A stretch of 64,000 nt of DNA from Nymphaea colorata (Eukaryota): NCBI RefSeq assembly GCF_008831285.2, contig NC_045138.2, positions 43,462,001 through 43,526,000 on the forward strand, in the 5' to 3' direction. The notes below the pieces were generated by a model that saw only the letters and a program-made list of their open reading frames with translations, was not told the DNA's origin and searched no databases. Position numbers and translations under genes: made by a program. This document shows positions 38,313 to 51,311 of the stretch, in pieces (position 1 is the stretch's first letter; every line of letters begins with the position of its first letter).

Positions 38313-41300
38313 TGTTCGCAGCCCACCCCTTTCTTGATGGGTGTCAAATGCGAATCAGCAAAATTCTTTTAAAATTGAGGTTTTGAGGAAAAATTTTCAA
38401 GAGAAAGGAATCCGTCAGTCGATATGAGGTCCAACCGTTCTTGCCACCTTTAACAGGGGTAATTGGACATAAAACTAAGGATCATTTGGATCATATATGA
38501 ATTTTTGATGCAAATCATATATGCTTATGCATTGATGTTTTGGATTCAAGAACCAAAATTCATTTTGAATAAGTGATTTGAACTCGTTTTGAAGATTGGA
38601 GGATTCCTAAGTTGGTTCAAAAACCTTTGTTTTTGTGCTATTTGATTTGAAATACATAATTCTTGAGGATTTTGAAGATTGAAATTGAGTTCTTTGTTGT
38701 GAACTCTAGATGGTTCATGAGTTGAAATTATGATCAACTTTTGGAAAATAGCTAAGTTTCCTTAGCAAAGAAATTTGATTTTTTTGAATTCTTCTTTTGC
38801 CAAATCATGTATTTTGGTTTGGTAGAGTTCATTTTTTTTATAAAACATAGGTTCCAAATTGTTAGAAAACGTGTTCTTTTCCAAATACACTTTCACCAAA
38901 ATTATGAATGCATTGCTTGTGTTTTCTTTTGAAGTTAAGAGAAATTTAGAAATTCTTGTTGCAATATGATTTGGTCACTTTTTGCAACTCAAATTTGAAT
39001 CACTTAACTTCTTGAGAATGTGCATGTGGTGCTATTGATTTTAAGTGAAAGTGAATGCATGAGATGAGAAGGAAAACTATATGAAACATTCATTCTTCTC
39101 TCTCTCATAATCTCTCAAGATTCATTCATTGCAGTCACACGTCATACAATCTATGCATGAAGATTGATTTTTTATTAAATGTAGGACTCTCTCGAAATGA
39201 GCTTATTATATTATTAAGCACAAAAATTAGAGAAGTAGTCCATAAGCTTGAGATTTAACATAAAATTATTAAAATGATGAAAAATATACAAATGATGCCA
39301 AAATCAAATTTTTGAAATAGATGGGAGACGTGGATGCCGTCCACTTTTGTCTCAAAATAGCCAAAAATTAGATATAGTATTGATTTAGATAGCTGAAAGT
39401 TATGGACATTGATTCCAATAAAGACCTTGTTTCTTATATAGAAATGACAAGTCTTTCAAACCTATTCAAAATTCAGATTTCGTACTCATGAAAACATCAA
39501 CTTCTTTGGATGATTCTACGATAGTTGGAATTTAAGACAATTCCCATAAAACATGGTCTAATTCCAGCAACTTGCATACATTTTATGTATGGATTGTTGA
39601 AATTAAATAAAAATGAAATGAAAATGATTTCATAGTCTTACACTACGAAAATCAACAAAATGATTCCCCTTCTTAAAATTCAGTTTAGAAACGTATTTCA
39701 ACCTGATTTTAAAAGAGGAAAATAATTTTTAAGAAGAGATTGCATGTGTATATATATAACAATATATCTATATATACGCATTTTACTCTTCAAAATGAGA
39801 TTTAATCAAGGAACTGCATGTCTCATGAATCATGATGATCCATGGTTGGGTTCTTTTACGTAGGAAGAATAAAAACTTGTTTCTAATCTCCTCTACCACC
39901 CTTGATCGATTAAATTGAAAGACATGAATCCGAATGACTTCAAATGAGAAGGAAAACAATAATGCTCAAGCTAATTCATCCATAATGTTGCCATGCAAGG
40001 GCAGATCACATTCATAAGAATGTATCCATCCCTAATAGGCATTTTCATCACATATATTGCAGCAAAATCACTCTCTCACCGTAAGATTCTCTCATGGTGA
40101 TGAGTTCAAAATGGTTTTAAGCTCGTTGTTTTGAAATGGACGTGGCCTTGGGGCCCTTTTCAAAATTTGATACATGGGTTCATCTTTAAGAAAAACTAAC
40201 GTATGCATGCATTATGCATTAACATGTACATTGAATCATAGGTTTCCCTTAGCTGGACATCATTCCCAACTATAAAATACACAAAAATAAACCCTCCCCC
40301 TGAGTTGCTGAAATTAAAATGAACCAACAAGAAGCTAAAGTATATGAGAAATGACTTAAAATCACCAACCTTGCGGTCGGTCTTGATACTTGATCTTCGC
40401 CTTTACTTGTTTTCTAAATCGAGCAATCCTAAGCAATAATCCAAGCTTGGATTTGAACTTAGCAAAGCTAGAAAAAGAATAGCTTGCTTGCTGGAATTTA
40501 TAGTAGGAAAGAAGACTTCTCACCACAAAAATCCTAATTAAGGATTCACTTAAGCACCATAACTTAGCAAAATCAATGGAGAGAAATGATGAAGAAAATA
40601 TGATAAAAGGGAGAAGAGGGCTTGGACGAATCCCTCCTCTCTTCCTTGGCTTATCCTTCCAACCTCCTTGTCTGCCACAACTTGGGGAAGTGCTTGAAAA
40701 TTTCGTGCTCCCCCTTGGTAGCCAAGAGGAGGCTTATATAGAGGAGGAGGTGGGTTCAAGTACCTCCTTAACTCACCTTGGGAACTCACATAAGACTTTG
40801 GGGACTTGTAAAATGAGTTAAAGAGGGTTTACTGGCTCTAATTTATCTATTTTTAGCCCATTTACATGAGCTAGGTGGGCTGGGCTAGGTTTGGTCAACA
40901 TTTTTTCAGACCTAGCTGACCAGCTTTGTCCAAAATTTTGGACGAAAATGTCCTTGCATAGGGTTTTTCCTTATTTTGTGCTATTTATTTATTTTTGTTT
41001 GAAATCGAGATTGTTAGGTTAAAACCTAGTTACTAAGCTCCAAATGTCATTGAATTATGATAATTCAATTTAAATTTAAATAAAATTTAAAAATTCTATC
41101 AAATTTGGTCTGAAAAGTGTATTTTAGACTGAATCAAACTTTGATTTGAAATATTGAATTTTACTTTGGTATTTGATTTATGTATTTGACAAATCCAAAT
41201 GTATATGTGCCTTTTATAAACCAATTTAGGCTCTGTAATCTCAATTTGACCATAGACGGGCAAAATTGTTCAGATTGATCAATTTCGATCAATTGACCAA

Positions 41301-42103
41301 AGTCAAAACTCATTGGCGAGTAGTTTGACTTTGTTTGAGGTAATTTGATAAATTTGAGCCAAGAAAGCTTTTAATTGAGCTAAATTGTGCTTTGACTGAG
41401 TTTAATCAAAGCGGACTTGATTTGGTCAAAGTCTATTTTCGTCCATTAATTGGATCGTGAGACAAACCTACCTTTTGACTGAGTTAAGCCCATGTTGACC
41501 GAACCTAGCTGAGATTGGCACCACATTTGGGTGCACCCGGGTCAAACCTACTTGAATTAAGTAGGTTAGGTGAGTTTGACCATCTTAGTTATTATTTTTT
41601 AGAAATTGACTCCTCCTTAAAGAGGACCTAGTTAAAGAAGAGAGAAAGACATAAATGCATATCTTTTCCTAAGTTTCTCATTCATTTCTCCTTGAAAATG
41701 ACTTTTCTTCATTTAATTGAAAGAAAATACTTTTTTTAATGAGAGGCGTGACCCCTGGGGGCTCTTGACCACACGGGCTAGGTGGGTCTCAGACGTGGGT
41801 CCCACGTAGCATTCTAAACTGAATTCGGTCCAATTCTTGGATCTAAGTCAAAATTTGAATTTTGCAATTGGATTTAGATTTCAAATGACATTTTTAATTG
41901 AATTTGGATTTCAAATCCTAATTTAGACATAGTTTGGACTCGTAATTCTGCATTGGGATTCATGTCACGGGTTAAATTCATGATTCGAATCCAAATTACG
42001 TTTAGGTTCGAAACTGGCTTTGAAATTGCAGTTTTTCACAATTCTTTTGTAAAATTTTGATATAGCTTTAGTTTCGATGTGGAAACATTTTGTGGTGTTA
42101 ACA
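38313..42103 (-). repeat. Ogre 3' LTR (3791 bp)
   Basis: TG...CA ends; adjacent to the PPT; homologous to 51312-54027 and 29052-34383. Confidence 0.93.
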
Positions 42104-43134
42104 GATGCCCCTCTTTGCTGTTAAGCAAGTTGAAGAATTTGCTTAATAGCAAAGATTTACGCACCAAATTTTTGCAAACTAAAATTGAAAATCCATTTTT
42201 CAAATGATGTTGAGCCATCCTCACTCGAGGGAAAATGCTAGCATAGACCTGAAATAAGAAGTTTTTCCTCCATCTCACTGGAGACATTGTAGAGGAATTA
42301 ATGTTGGTTGAAAAATCTTGCAATTGTGAAGGTTTTTGCATTCGATGCTTGGAGAACTCAGCCCTTGACGCCTTCTAGACCATCGGCAAGTGCTTTTTCT
42401 CTCTCTTTTTACTAGTTTTTCACTTATTGGCCTGAGCTTTTGAATTTTGATTTTCTTTTTGAGCTACCCTTCACCCTTGGGTGAAATTCCTCACCACCCC
42501 AAAAGCTACTACGGAGTTCCACTATTTTGGTGGTTTTGTGTAGTTTGCTTTGTGCAATATCAAGTCTATTAGGCTTTTCTTCTGAACCCTTGTAGCGAGC
42601 TTTGGGTCGGTAACTCCCAGACCAGTTGGCCTTAGGGTACCAAGTGTAAAACACTCCTCGAACTTACTTGCTTGAATTCAGAAGGCTTTATGAGACTTAA
42701 TGTTCATGGATTGCTTTTTAGCTTCACGGTGTAAGCATATGTCATATATCCACCCATGCCTGCAGAGCTTTGAACCAGAGGAACAACTACACTCACCCTG
42801 AGCTCATCGCTCAACTCATTTTGCTTGATAGTTTTTTCTTGCATCTTGCCAAGGTCTTTTGGGTCACAAGGGCTTTTTCTTGTGGCATCTCATGCGTGCC
42901 AATTGTTGGGACCAACATTAATTCCTATACATTAATCCCTCAATTTCATTGAAATTTCTTGCATATTTCAAGCCAATGCCTTTGCTGTTGTCCTTAAAAC
43001 ATGGGCTGAGTTTGAAAATTTTGATGCATTTTTGAAACTTTCTCTAAGAGATACTATGCCCCTTAGTTGATTTAAAAATTAGTAAGAAGGTGTTTATCAA
43101 AACACAATTGTTTTGATATTTTTGAATTACAAAT

Positions 43135-46100
43135 TCAAGTGTAGAATTTCTTGAGATGCAAAGCATTAATCGGATAAGGGATTTCAACCCCATCGGCGTC
43201 AATCAGCCGATAAGAATTGTGAGGTAGAACCTCTTTGATGACATATGGGCCTTCCTAGTTCGGTGCTCATCATTTACCTAGAATTTTCTTCCAATGACCG
43301 ATTTGGCATAATGTCGGGCGACTCTCTTGCGATAGACTTCAGCATGCTTTGCTGCTTGTAGTCTTTTCTCATCTAAGAGGTCTAGTTGAGCAAGTCTCTT
43401 TTTTTGATACTTGCTAATTGGGAGTTTAATGAGAGCAACAAACTTCATTGCTGGTTTTTGGACATTTAAGGGAAGGACAATTTCCGTTCCATATACCAAT
43501 TCTGCCGGTGTAGCATTGGTGGGCGTTCAAATTGTGGTTCGATATGCTCAAAGTGCATTGTGCATTTTCTCGTGCCAATCTCGGCCTATTTCAATAGTCC
43601 TTTCTAAGACATGAATCAAAATCTTGTTGGTTGCTTTTGCCTGACAATTTCCTTGAGGGTAATATGGGGCAGAAAAGTGATGTTGTATTTTGTGTTTGTG
43701 ACAAAGATTGCGCACTTTTTCATTTTTAAAATGAGTACCGTTATCAGAAACGATATCGTGCGGGATGCCAAATCTACACAAAAGATTTTTGTGAATGAAG
43801 GACACTACGTGTCGTCCTTCGACTCTTTTTAAGGTGATAGCTTCGATCAATTTGGTGAATAATCTGTAGCTGCAAGAAAATACATGTGTCCATTTGAGGC
43901 AGGTGGATTGATTGGACCGACCACATCGAAAATGGCCAGGGTGAGCTAACCGAATGAAGGTATGCTGCTGGAACATGAATTGATTGTGCATGCAACTGAC
44001 ATTTGATGCATTTCTTGACAAATTGGTGACAGTCTCTTTGCATTGTAGGTCAATAGTATCCTGCTCTGACTATCTGTTTGACGAGGGTCTGATACCCTAC
44101 ATGTCCCCCACAAATTCTTTCATGAGTTTCTTGAATGACTTCTAGTACCTCATTTACATCGAGACATCTAGCATATTCTGTACTGAATCCTCTTCTGTAT
44201 AGGATGTCTACTAAAATGAAATATCTTGATGACATATGCCTCAGGGCTCTTTGCTCCTTTCGAGACATTTCAGGTGGAAGTGTTCCTGTCTGGAGAAAAT
44301 CTTTGATGTTCTGATACCATGGTGTTTCTCTATTTTCTGCTTGTAACACCTGTTCTGGTATGACAAAAAATGGTTGTTCGAGTCTTTCGACTTCAAAAGA
44401 TCTGATAGATTCTTCAGGTTTGAAGGCAATTGTGGAGCCTAAACTGGCCAAACCATCTGCAATCGTGTTAAATTCTCTTTTGACATGCAAGAGTTGATAT
44501 TCCTCGAATTGTCTTAAGAGGGAAGTTGCTAACTCTTGATATGGGATCAATTTCCGATCTTTGACTTGCCAATCCCCATTGACCTGACTGACAATTAAGA
44601 GAGAATCTCCAAAAATGCGAACTCTCTGCACTCTAAATTTGAGCAGCATTTTGAGTCCTTGGATTAGGGCTTCGTACTCTACCATATTATATGTGTAGGA
44701 GAAATTCAATTTAAGGGAGTAAGGAATCATTTTTCTTTCTGGTGTAATGAAAAGTATCCCAATGTCTGCCCCAGCTGTGCTTTTAGATCCATCAAAATGC
44801 ATCTCCCAAATTGGCTCTGGTTCAGTCATTAGGATTTGCTCATCTAGAAAATCATCCTTTGTTTTAATTTCTTCAGATAGAAGAAAATCTGCCATTTGAT
44901 CTGCGATGGCTTGACCCATGATTGATTTATGTGACACATATTCTAAATCATATTGCATCAGCAGAACTTGCCACTTGGCTATCCTTCCATTTGAAAATGG
45001 TTGTTCAAGGATATATTTGAGTGGATTAAGTTTGGATAAAATTTTAACTTCACATGCCAATAGGTAATAACTTAATTTTTGACACATCTATACCAAGGCT
45101 AAGCAAGTTTTTTCCATGTGCGAGTAGTTCTTTTCATACTGCACAAATGTCTTACTGATGTAATAAATGGCATGTTCTATTTGACATCCTTCATATTGAG
45201 CCAAAAATTCACCACAGGCTGAATTGTTAACAATGATGTAAAGAAGTAGAGGTTTCCCCAGAATTGGGGGTTTTAAAATTGGTGGACAAAGAAGATACTT
45301 CTTGATCTTTTCGAATGAAGCTTGACATTCGTGTCCCCATTCAAACTTGACTCATTTCCGCAGTAAATGGTTGAAAGGTTCACATCTCATGGCAACATTA
45401 GATATAAACATTCTGATTGACTGCGTAGCTCCTTAAGATTTGTTGGTGGTGACATTTCAATGATCGCCTTTGCTTTAGAGGGATCTATCTCGATTCTCTT
45501 TTTGCTGACCATAAATCCCAAAAGCTTACCAGATTCCACACCAAATACACATTTTTGTGGATTCAATCTAAGCTTATATTGTAAGAGTCTATCAAAAACT
45601 TGAGAAAGAATGTTGATGTGATTCTCCCTTGTTTTTGACTTAATTAGTAGATCATCCACATATGCATCCATGATTTGATGCATTTGGTCATGAAGGATAG
45701 CTGCCATAGCTCTTTGATATGTTGCCCCAATGTTCTTCAAACCAAACGGCATTACCGTATTGTAGAAAGTGCCCCATGGGGTTGTAAACGATGTTTTGGC
45801 TTGATCTTGAGCTGCCAGTTTAATTTGGTGATAGCCAGAATATCCATCCATAAAGGAGAACATAGCGTGGCCTGCAGTACTGTCTACCAACAAGTCGATG
45901 TTTGGAAGTGGATAGTCATCCTTTGGTGTGGCTTTATTCAAATCTTTGAAATCGATGCAGAGTCGAATTTTACCATTTTTCTTTGGGACTACTATAATGT
46001 TTGCTAACCATTCAGGATAGTCGATTCTTCGGATGAACCCTGCCTTTGGTATGTCTTCTAGGCCTTCCTTAACTTGCCCCTCAAGAAAGGGTCTATTTTT

Positions 46101-46504
46101 CTCAACTTTTGTTGGATTGGTTTGCATTCTAGTTTCAATGGTAGTTGATGCTCGACTAATTTTGTATCAAGTCCTGGCATGTCCTCATAAGTCCATGTAA
46201 AGGCTTCTTGATGCTCTTTGAAGAAGTCTATCAACTCTTTTCTTTCTTCCGTTGAGAGACTTGTTCCAATTTGTAAAACCTTTGGATTCTCTTGCGTGCC
46301 AATATTAATTTCCTCAATCAGATCATTAATCAAAAGTGACAATTGATCTTGCTTTCTTATTTGGATGAACTCTGGACATTTGGCCTCAGTGAGTTCTGGA
46401 TTTACCTCTTTAAAAGATTTTGATGTTTGATCCTTAGATGCCATCCTAAAGATTATAAAGAAGTTAGATGAGATTTGAGACATTATATATGGAGTAAATT
46501 GCAT
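43135..46504 (-). pseudogene. Ogre pol: RT, RNase H, archaeal-type RNase H, integrase (disrupted)
   Basis: RLCIDFKDLNKATPKD, FMDGYSGYHQI, YVDDLL; WEMHFDGS...NMVEYEALIQGL..IFGDS (aRH); H-H-C-C zinc finger, IVSDNGTHF, YYPQGN; GPY...INALHLKKFYT*. Confidence 0.95.
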
Positions 46505-46609
46505 TCGTCATTGCATATTTGATGGTATTACAAAATGAAGACACTTGGTATGACGACAAATGACAAAACGATGACTAGATGACAAAATGATAGCGGATTT
46601 ATTGATTCA

Positions 46610-49084
46610 GATTGATGGTGAACATCCGCCTATGGTGCTGCTCTTGACAAAGGGTACTGGCTTGAATCCTTCCTCGGCATCCACTTTTTCATAACTTTGA
46701 CATCCCAAAGCTTGAGTGCCTCATTGTCCTGTCAAAGTAATTGGCTCCAAGATTCCATTTTCATTTTTGCCAAGGCCAGTAAATGGTCGGTAGCCACGTA
46801 TGAGTAAATCCAATCATTTCTCATTCTGGCAGAATTTCTTGAATAACAGATGACTTTTATAACTTGTTTCAGGTTTGGTACCCTTTTTCACCCACATCTG
46901 TTTCTTTGGTTTCTGAATGGCCAATTTACTAAGACTTTGAGATATTTCTTCTTCTTTGCAGACTCAAATATTAGGTACCTCAATTGTATATGTTGGTACC
47001 GGAATCATTGGGTGCACATGACAATTCTGCCTGTCCTCTGCATAGATGGTTATAGTATTCATGTTGTGAGTCCATTTGATGCACTGATGTAGAATGGAGG
47101 GAACTGCATTGGTAGCATGGATCCACGGCCTACCAAGCAACAGGTTGAATGAAGGCTCTATATCGACTACATGGAATAAAATCCGATGATATGTCTCAGA
47201 GATATTCAGATCTAGACATATACATCCTACGCATGGTTGTCCTGTTCTGTCATATCTATGGATGAAAATTGACGACGGGGTATAGTCGGTCTGTCTTATG
47301 CCTAACTCACGAGCTGTTTGCTGTGGATAAATGTTCAGGCTTGCTCCGCCATCAATTAAAACGTGGGAGACTCTGGTGCCCCTCATTTCTACTACTATGT
47401 GCAAGACATCATTATGCAATGCACCTTCAATTAGTAGATCTTTATCAGAGAATGTGATCGGACCATTTTCACATAGTTCAAAAGCCCATTCGTTCCCCCT
47501 GTTGGGGCTAAATCCTCCCTTCTTGACTTCAAGTAAGGGGTCTAATTCTTTGAAAATGGATCCCAAGGGTTCAAGGTCTCATACTTGTGACTTCTGGTCG
47601 ATCTCTGCCAGATTGTCTTGTTTAACCGGTCCGATTTGTGCATTGATGAATCATTTATCATGTTTGAAAGTAATCCAAAGAAATCTAGGGACGATGTATC
47701 CCTTTTGTTTGTCACCATAATTTGATGATTTGTTGAAAATCTGACCATCGAAACTATTACTTTCTCATGTTTATGAAAAGGGTTCTTGAGAATGTCTGGT
47801 TGTTCACTGACCTCTTTGATGATTTCTTTGTCAACTGCATCTTGCACAATATTTTTAAGTACAAGGTAGTCTTTTGTGTCATGTCCTGGAGCATGATGAA
47901 ATTTATAAAATTGCTCTTTGTTTTTCCCCATCATCGGTGGGGGGGAGGGGTTGGAGACTTTTGGGAGAAACAGAGTACCTCTTTCAATCAACATGTACAT
48001 GACCTTTTCATAACTCTATTGTTATGGGGTGAATTTTCTATCGTATCCCCATCCATGATGTTTGTTTTTAGTGCCACTGCTACTGCCACTAGCTCTGTCC
48101 ATTACCCCTTTATTCTTGGGATATTCTAACTTCTCTTTCTTGAAGGTGGTGGCATTGGCTACAATGTTGGTTGGAGCATTTTGACTCCTGCTATTCTTCT
48201 TTGTATCTTCCCTAATCTTTATCGGGATGACAGCATCAAAAGCTCCTTTTTCAATTCTTGCTTCAATGCATTCTGCCCTCTCGGTGAGATCGATGAAAGA
48301 CTTGATTGGAGCATTGGAAATAAGGTTCCTCAATGGTTGTGTCAAATTGTTCACGATGAGTCCCAATGTATGGGATTGAGAGATTGGGTCCCTCATTTGA
48401 ATAAAATCTCTTACCTTTTTACTTGGCCTTTGTTTCAGATAGCATAGTGTGGTGATCGTTGGTACAGTTTCGACATTTTGAATGAACTTTTCAATGAAAA
48501 GGTTGATTAACTTGTCAAAATTCTTCAATTTGACTGGGTTGATGTGTTCCTGATACCATTATGCGGCAATTCCTTTCAGGCTTCTTGGGAAACATCAAAA
48601 GAGGGCCCTATGATTGTGGCAAAATTTGTAGCATTCAGCAAAGAACATGGCCAAATGTGCCTTTGGGTCTCCATGGCCATCAAATTTGATAAATTTCTTA
48701 GGTAAGTTTTCTATATGCTTGTCGTTTTCGAAGCTTCCGTAGAAATCTTCGCATGTGAAATTTCTTTTATTTTTGCCTTTGAGTTGAACTGCATTCAACT
48801 TCTTGAATTTTTGTTTTTCAAGATTCTCCTTTCTTCTTTTTCTTGAGAGTTTTTGGTTCTTCCTCACTACAGGATTCTGTTGTAGTGTCTTCAGAAGAGT
48901 CGGAACTACTTGATGAATATTTCTTTGTTTTCTTCCCTTTCTTTTTGGCTTTTTCTGCCTGGGCTTGTTCTTCATTGAACATAATCATGTGTCTCGGAAA
49001 TCTTTTGTATTCTTTAAATTCTGGATTATCCATTTCTATCTTGGAAGGTGTTTCTGAGGAGGATTCTTCTTCCTTGTCTCCCAT
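46610..49084 (-). pseudogene. Ogre gag, protease and G-patch (disrupted)
   Basis: KFDGHGDPKAHL (gag), decayed knuckle YKFHHAPGHDTKDY, VLIDGGASLN and FNLLLGRPWIH (protease), RGYRPFTGLGKNENGILEPI (G-patch, ~46805-46740). Confidence 0.9.
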
Positions 49085-49360
49085 AAAAGTTTACTCTAGG
49101 TCCATTTCAATCCTTCTTCTTTGTTGGCTTCTGGTTTCGACCATAAAGCGGATGTTCACCTTGCAAGAAGAAAAATTGAAAATGTTAGGATTTGAATTGA
49201 TGAGAGATGACAAATTTTGATTGCATATTGAAAGAAAGATGAGAATGACAAAACATGATAAAGTTCAACACAACTTGACAAAACTTGACAAATTTTGACT
49301 GAACAACAATGAGCTAGACATGACAATATAGGACAGAAGGATAGAAGGGCAGGCTTCATC

Positions 49361-50450
49361 CTACCATTTTACATATTCAGGATCCATTCCTAGACCAAGG
49401 ACAAGACACAAGTGAGCAAATGATTCCCAACGTTGTTGGGCATAGGTGTTTATCCCATACCACTCTTTGGTATCTAATTCACACTCTACGATGGCTCCTT
49501 CTGACTCAATTGGATATGCTTTCCTTTGACGCGGTGATAATTGTCTGAGGCAACGCTCTGGATGGTATTCAACTATGAAGAATGGCCCCAATAGAAAACT
49601 TCCTCTTACTGAGTTGTAGGTGTATCTTGACTTGATGATTTATCGATCAAAGGAGTCCCAAATGATGATGGAGTCGTCCACTTCCTCCATCTTCCTATGG
49701 TAGTACTCCATACTGGATAACATACTGGATAACTGGCCATTGGTGATTTGAAAATGACATGATTGTGGCCCCACATGTTTGTAGTATCATGCTTGTAATG
49801 TGAAGACACATCCTTCTATTGAGTCTGCATCTCCAATTGAAAATTTGGTCAACCCTCTATAAAGGAATGCCAAGGCTGCCATTGCTATGGAAATGTGATG
49901 GACTTTGACATGCCCCCATTTTCTGAAAAGGCGAGCTATGCGGAAATCCATTATGTGTTCTTCATTGTTGAAGAAGATAAAACCCGTGGTACAAGTCATC
50001 ATGGAGTTTTTGTACTTGTCTGCAACACTTCTAGATAGTGATGCAGGGTTGCAAATTGAGAATATGTTTCACCAAGTTCTTGTAGTTGAAGATATTGATG
50101 TCCATTTTTCTTTAGAAAAGGCCAACTATGTTTTCCTGTGAGTTTACGAATCACTTCTAGAGTTTTGACTTGACCTTGGTTTACAAGGAAATGGTCTTCA
50201 ATTGGACCTCTTGGGTTACCTTTTGGTTTTGGCAAACCCATAATGCTGGAGAACTCATCAAGAGTTATTGTCATTTCACCCTATGGAAAACAGAATGTGT
50301 TGGTTCTTAGGTTCCATCTTTCAGCAATTTCATGGATTAGATTGCCATTGATAGGTTGCATGGCAAGACTAATTGCTTCTTCGAGACCGCAATCTTCTAA
50401 GTGGTTTGGGAACATACACCGAAAAGTTGGGTGCCATGAAATATACCACT
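49361..50450 (-). pseudogene. Extra 5' ORF encoding a plant mobile domain (PMD, aminotransferase-like), disrupted
   Basis: LIHEIAERWNLRTNTFCFP*GEMTITLDEFSSIMGLP; AALAFLYRGL..IEGCVFTLQA*; VEYHPERCLRQ; YVKW. These match the PMD consensus motifs in order. Confidence 0.87.
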
Positions 50451-51290
50451 AAGGTAGGTAGACTCCACTTGGGATGATGCGAAGTCCAGATCGACCTTGA
50501 CACGACCCGAATAGGATGTGGTCCATCTAGACAACAGAAGGTATTAGACTTTGACATGGATTGACCCAATAGAGACTCAAGAAGAGTTTTGACATTGAGT
50601 TTGGACATGGACTTACAGGCAAAGTAAAACATCATATGCATCCAAACAAGCAATTTAACAAGAAATTGATAATGCATTCCCTATGACTCTTGCCTATATG
50701 CATTGTTTTGAAAATTGGTATTGGAACCTATGGAGAATAAATGGGTGAATCATTCTCGATTTATCAAAATTTAAGGTATGCCAATATACCCAATTTATGG
50801 TACTGGAATAGACTCCTCCAAAGGTTTTCTAGATTTAGGCTCTCCAATTCTCCTCGTTCACCTATCGATATATCGGGACTATTGTCCGTTTCGGTACTAA
50901 TGGGGGACTTCTCAGTCCAATTGAGTGGTCCAGTTGTAAGGCTATATCTTGGACTAATGTCCTAGAAATAGCCTGACAATGTGATGACCAGGACATGATA
51001 TAGGTAAGGATTTGTTTTTCAAAATTCACGAGAAGATGCGAAATAGATGGCTCTATTGCACACATTCCTAAAAGATAGATTTGAAAAATTGAGAGCATAC
51101 ATGGGCTGCATACAATCCCTAAATTGAGGAGGGGTAGGATAAATTGAAATGAAAGAGGTTCATAAAATCTCCTCAATGTACACTACATGACGTCGTTATG
51201 CATGTCTATAAAAAATTTTGTGCAATAGATATTCAGCATTGTAAAATAACTTGTATATGATCCAAATAGGTCCTTAGACAAACAATGACG

Positions 51291-51309
51291 GGTCCCACCG
51301 GGCGTGCCA
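51291..51309 (-). other. Primer-binding site, tRNA-Arg type
   Basis: TGGCACGCCCGGTGGGACC, 2 nt inside the 5' LTR; tRNA-Arg priming is usual for Tat/Ogre elements. Confidence 0.85.
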
Positions 51310-51311
51310 TC

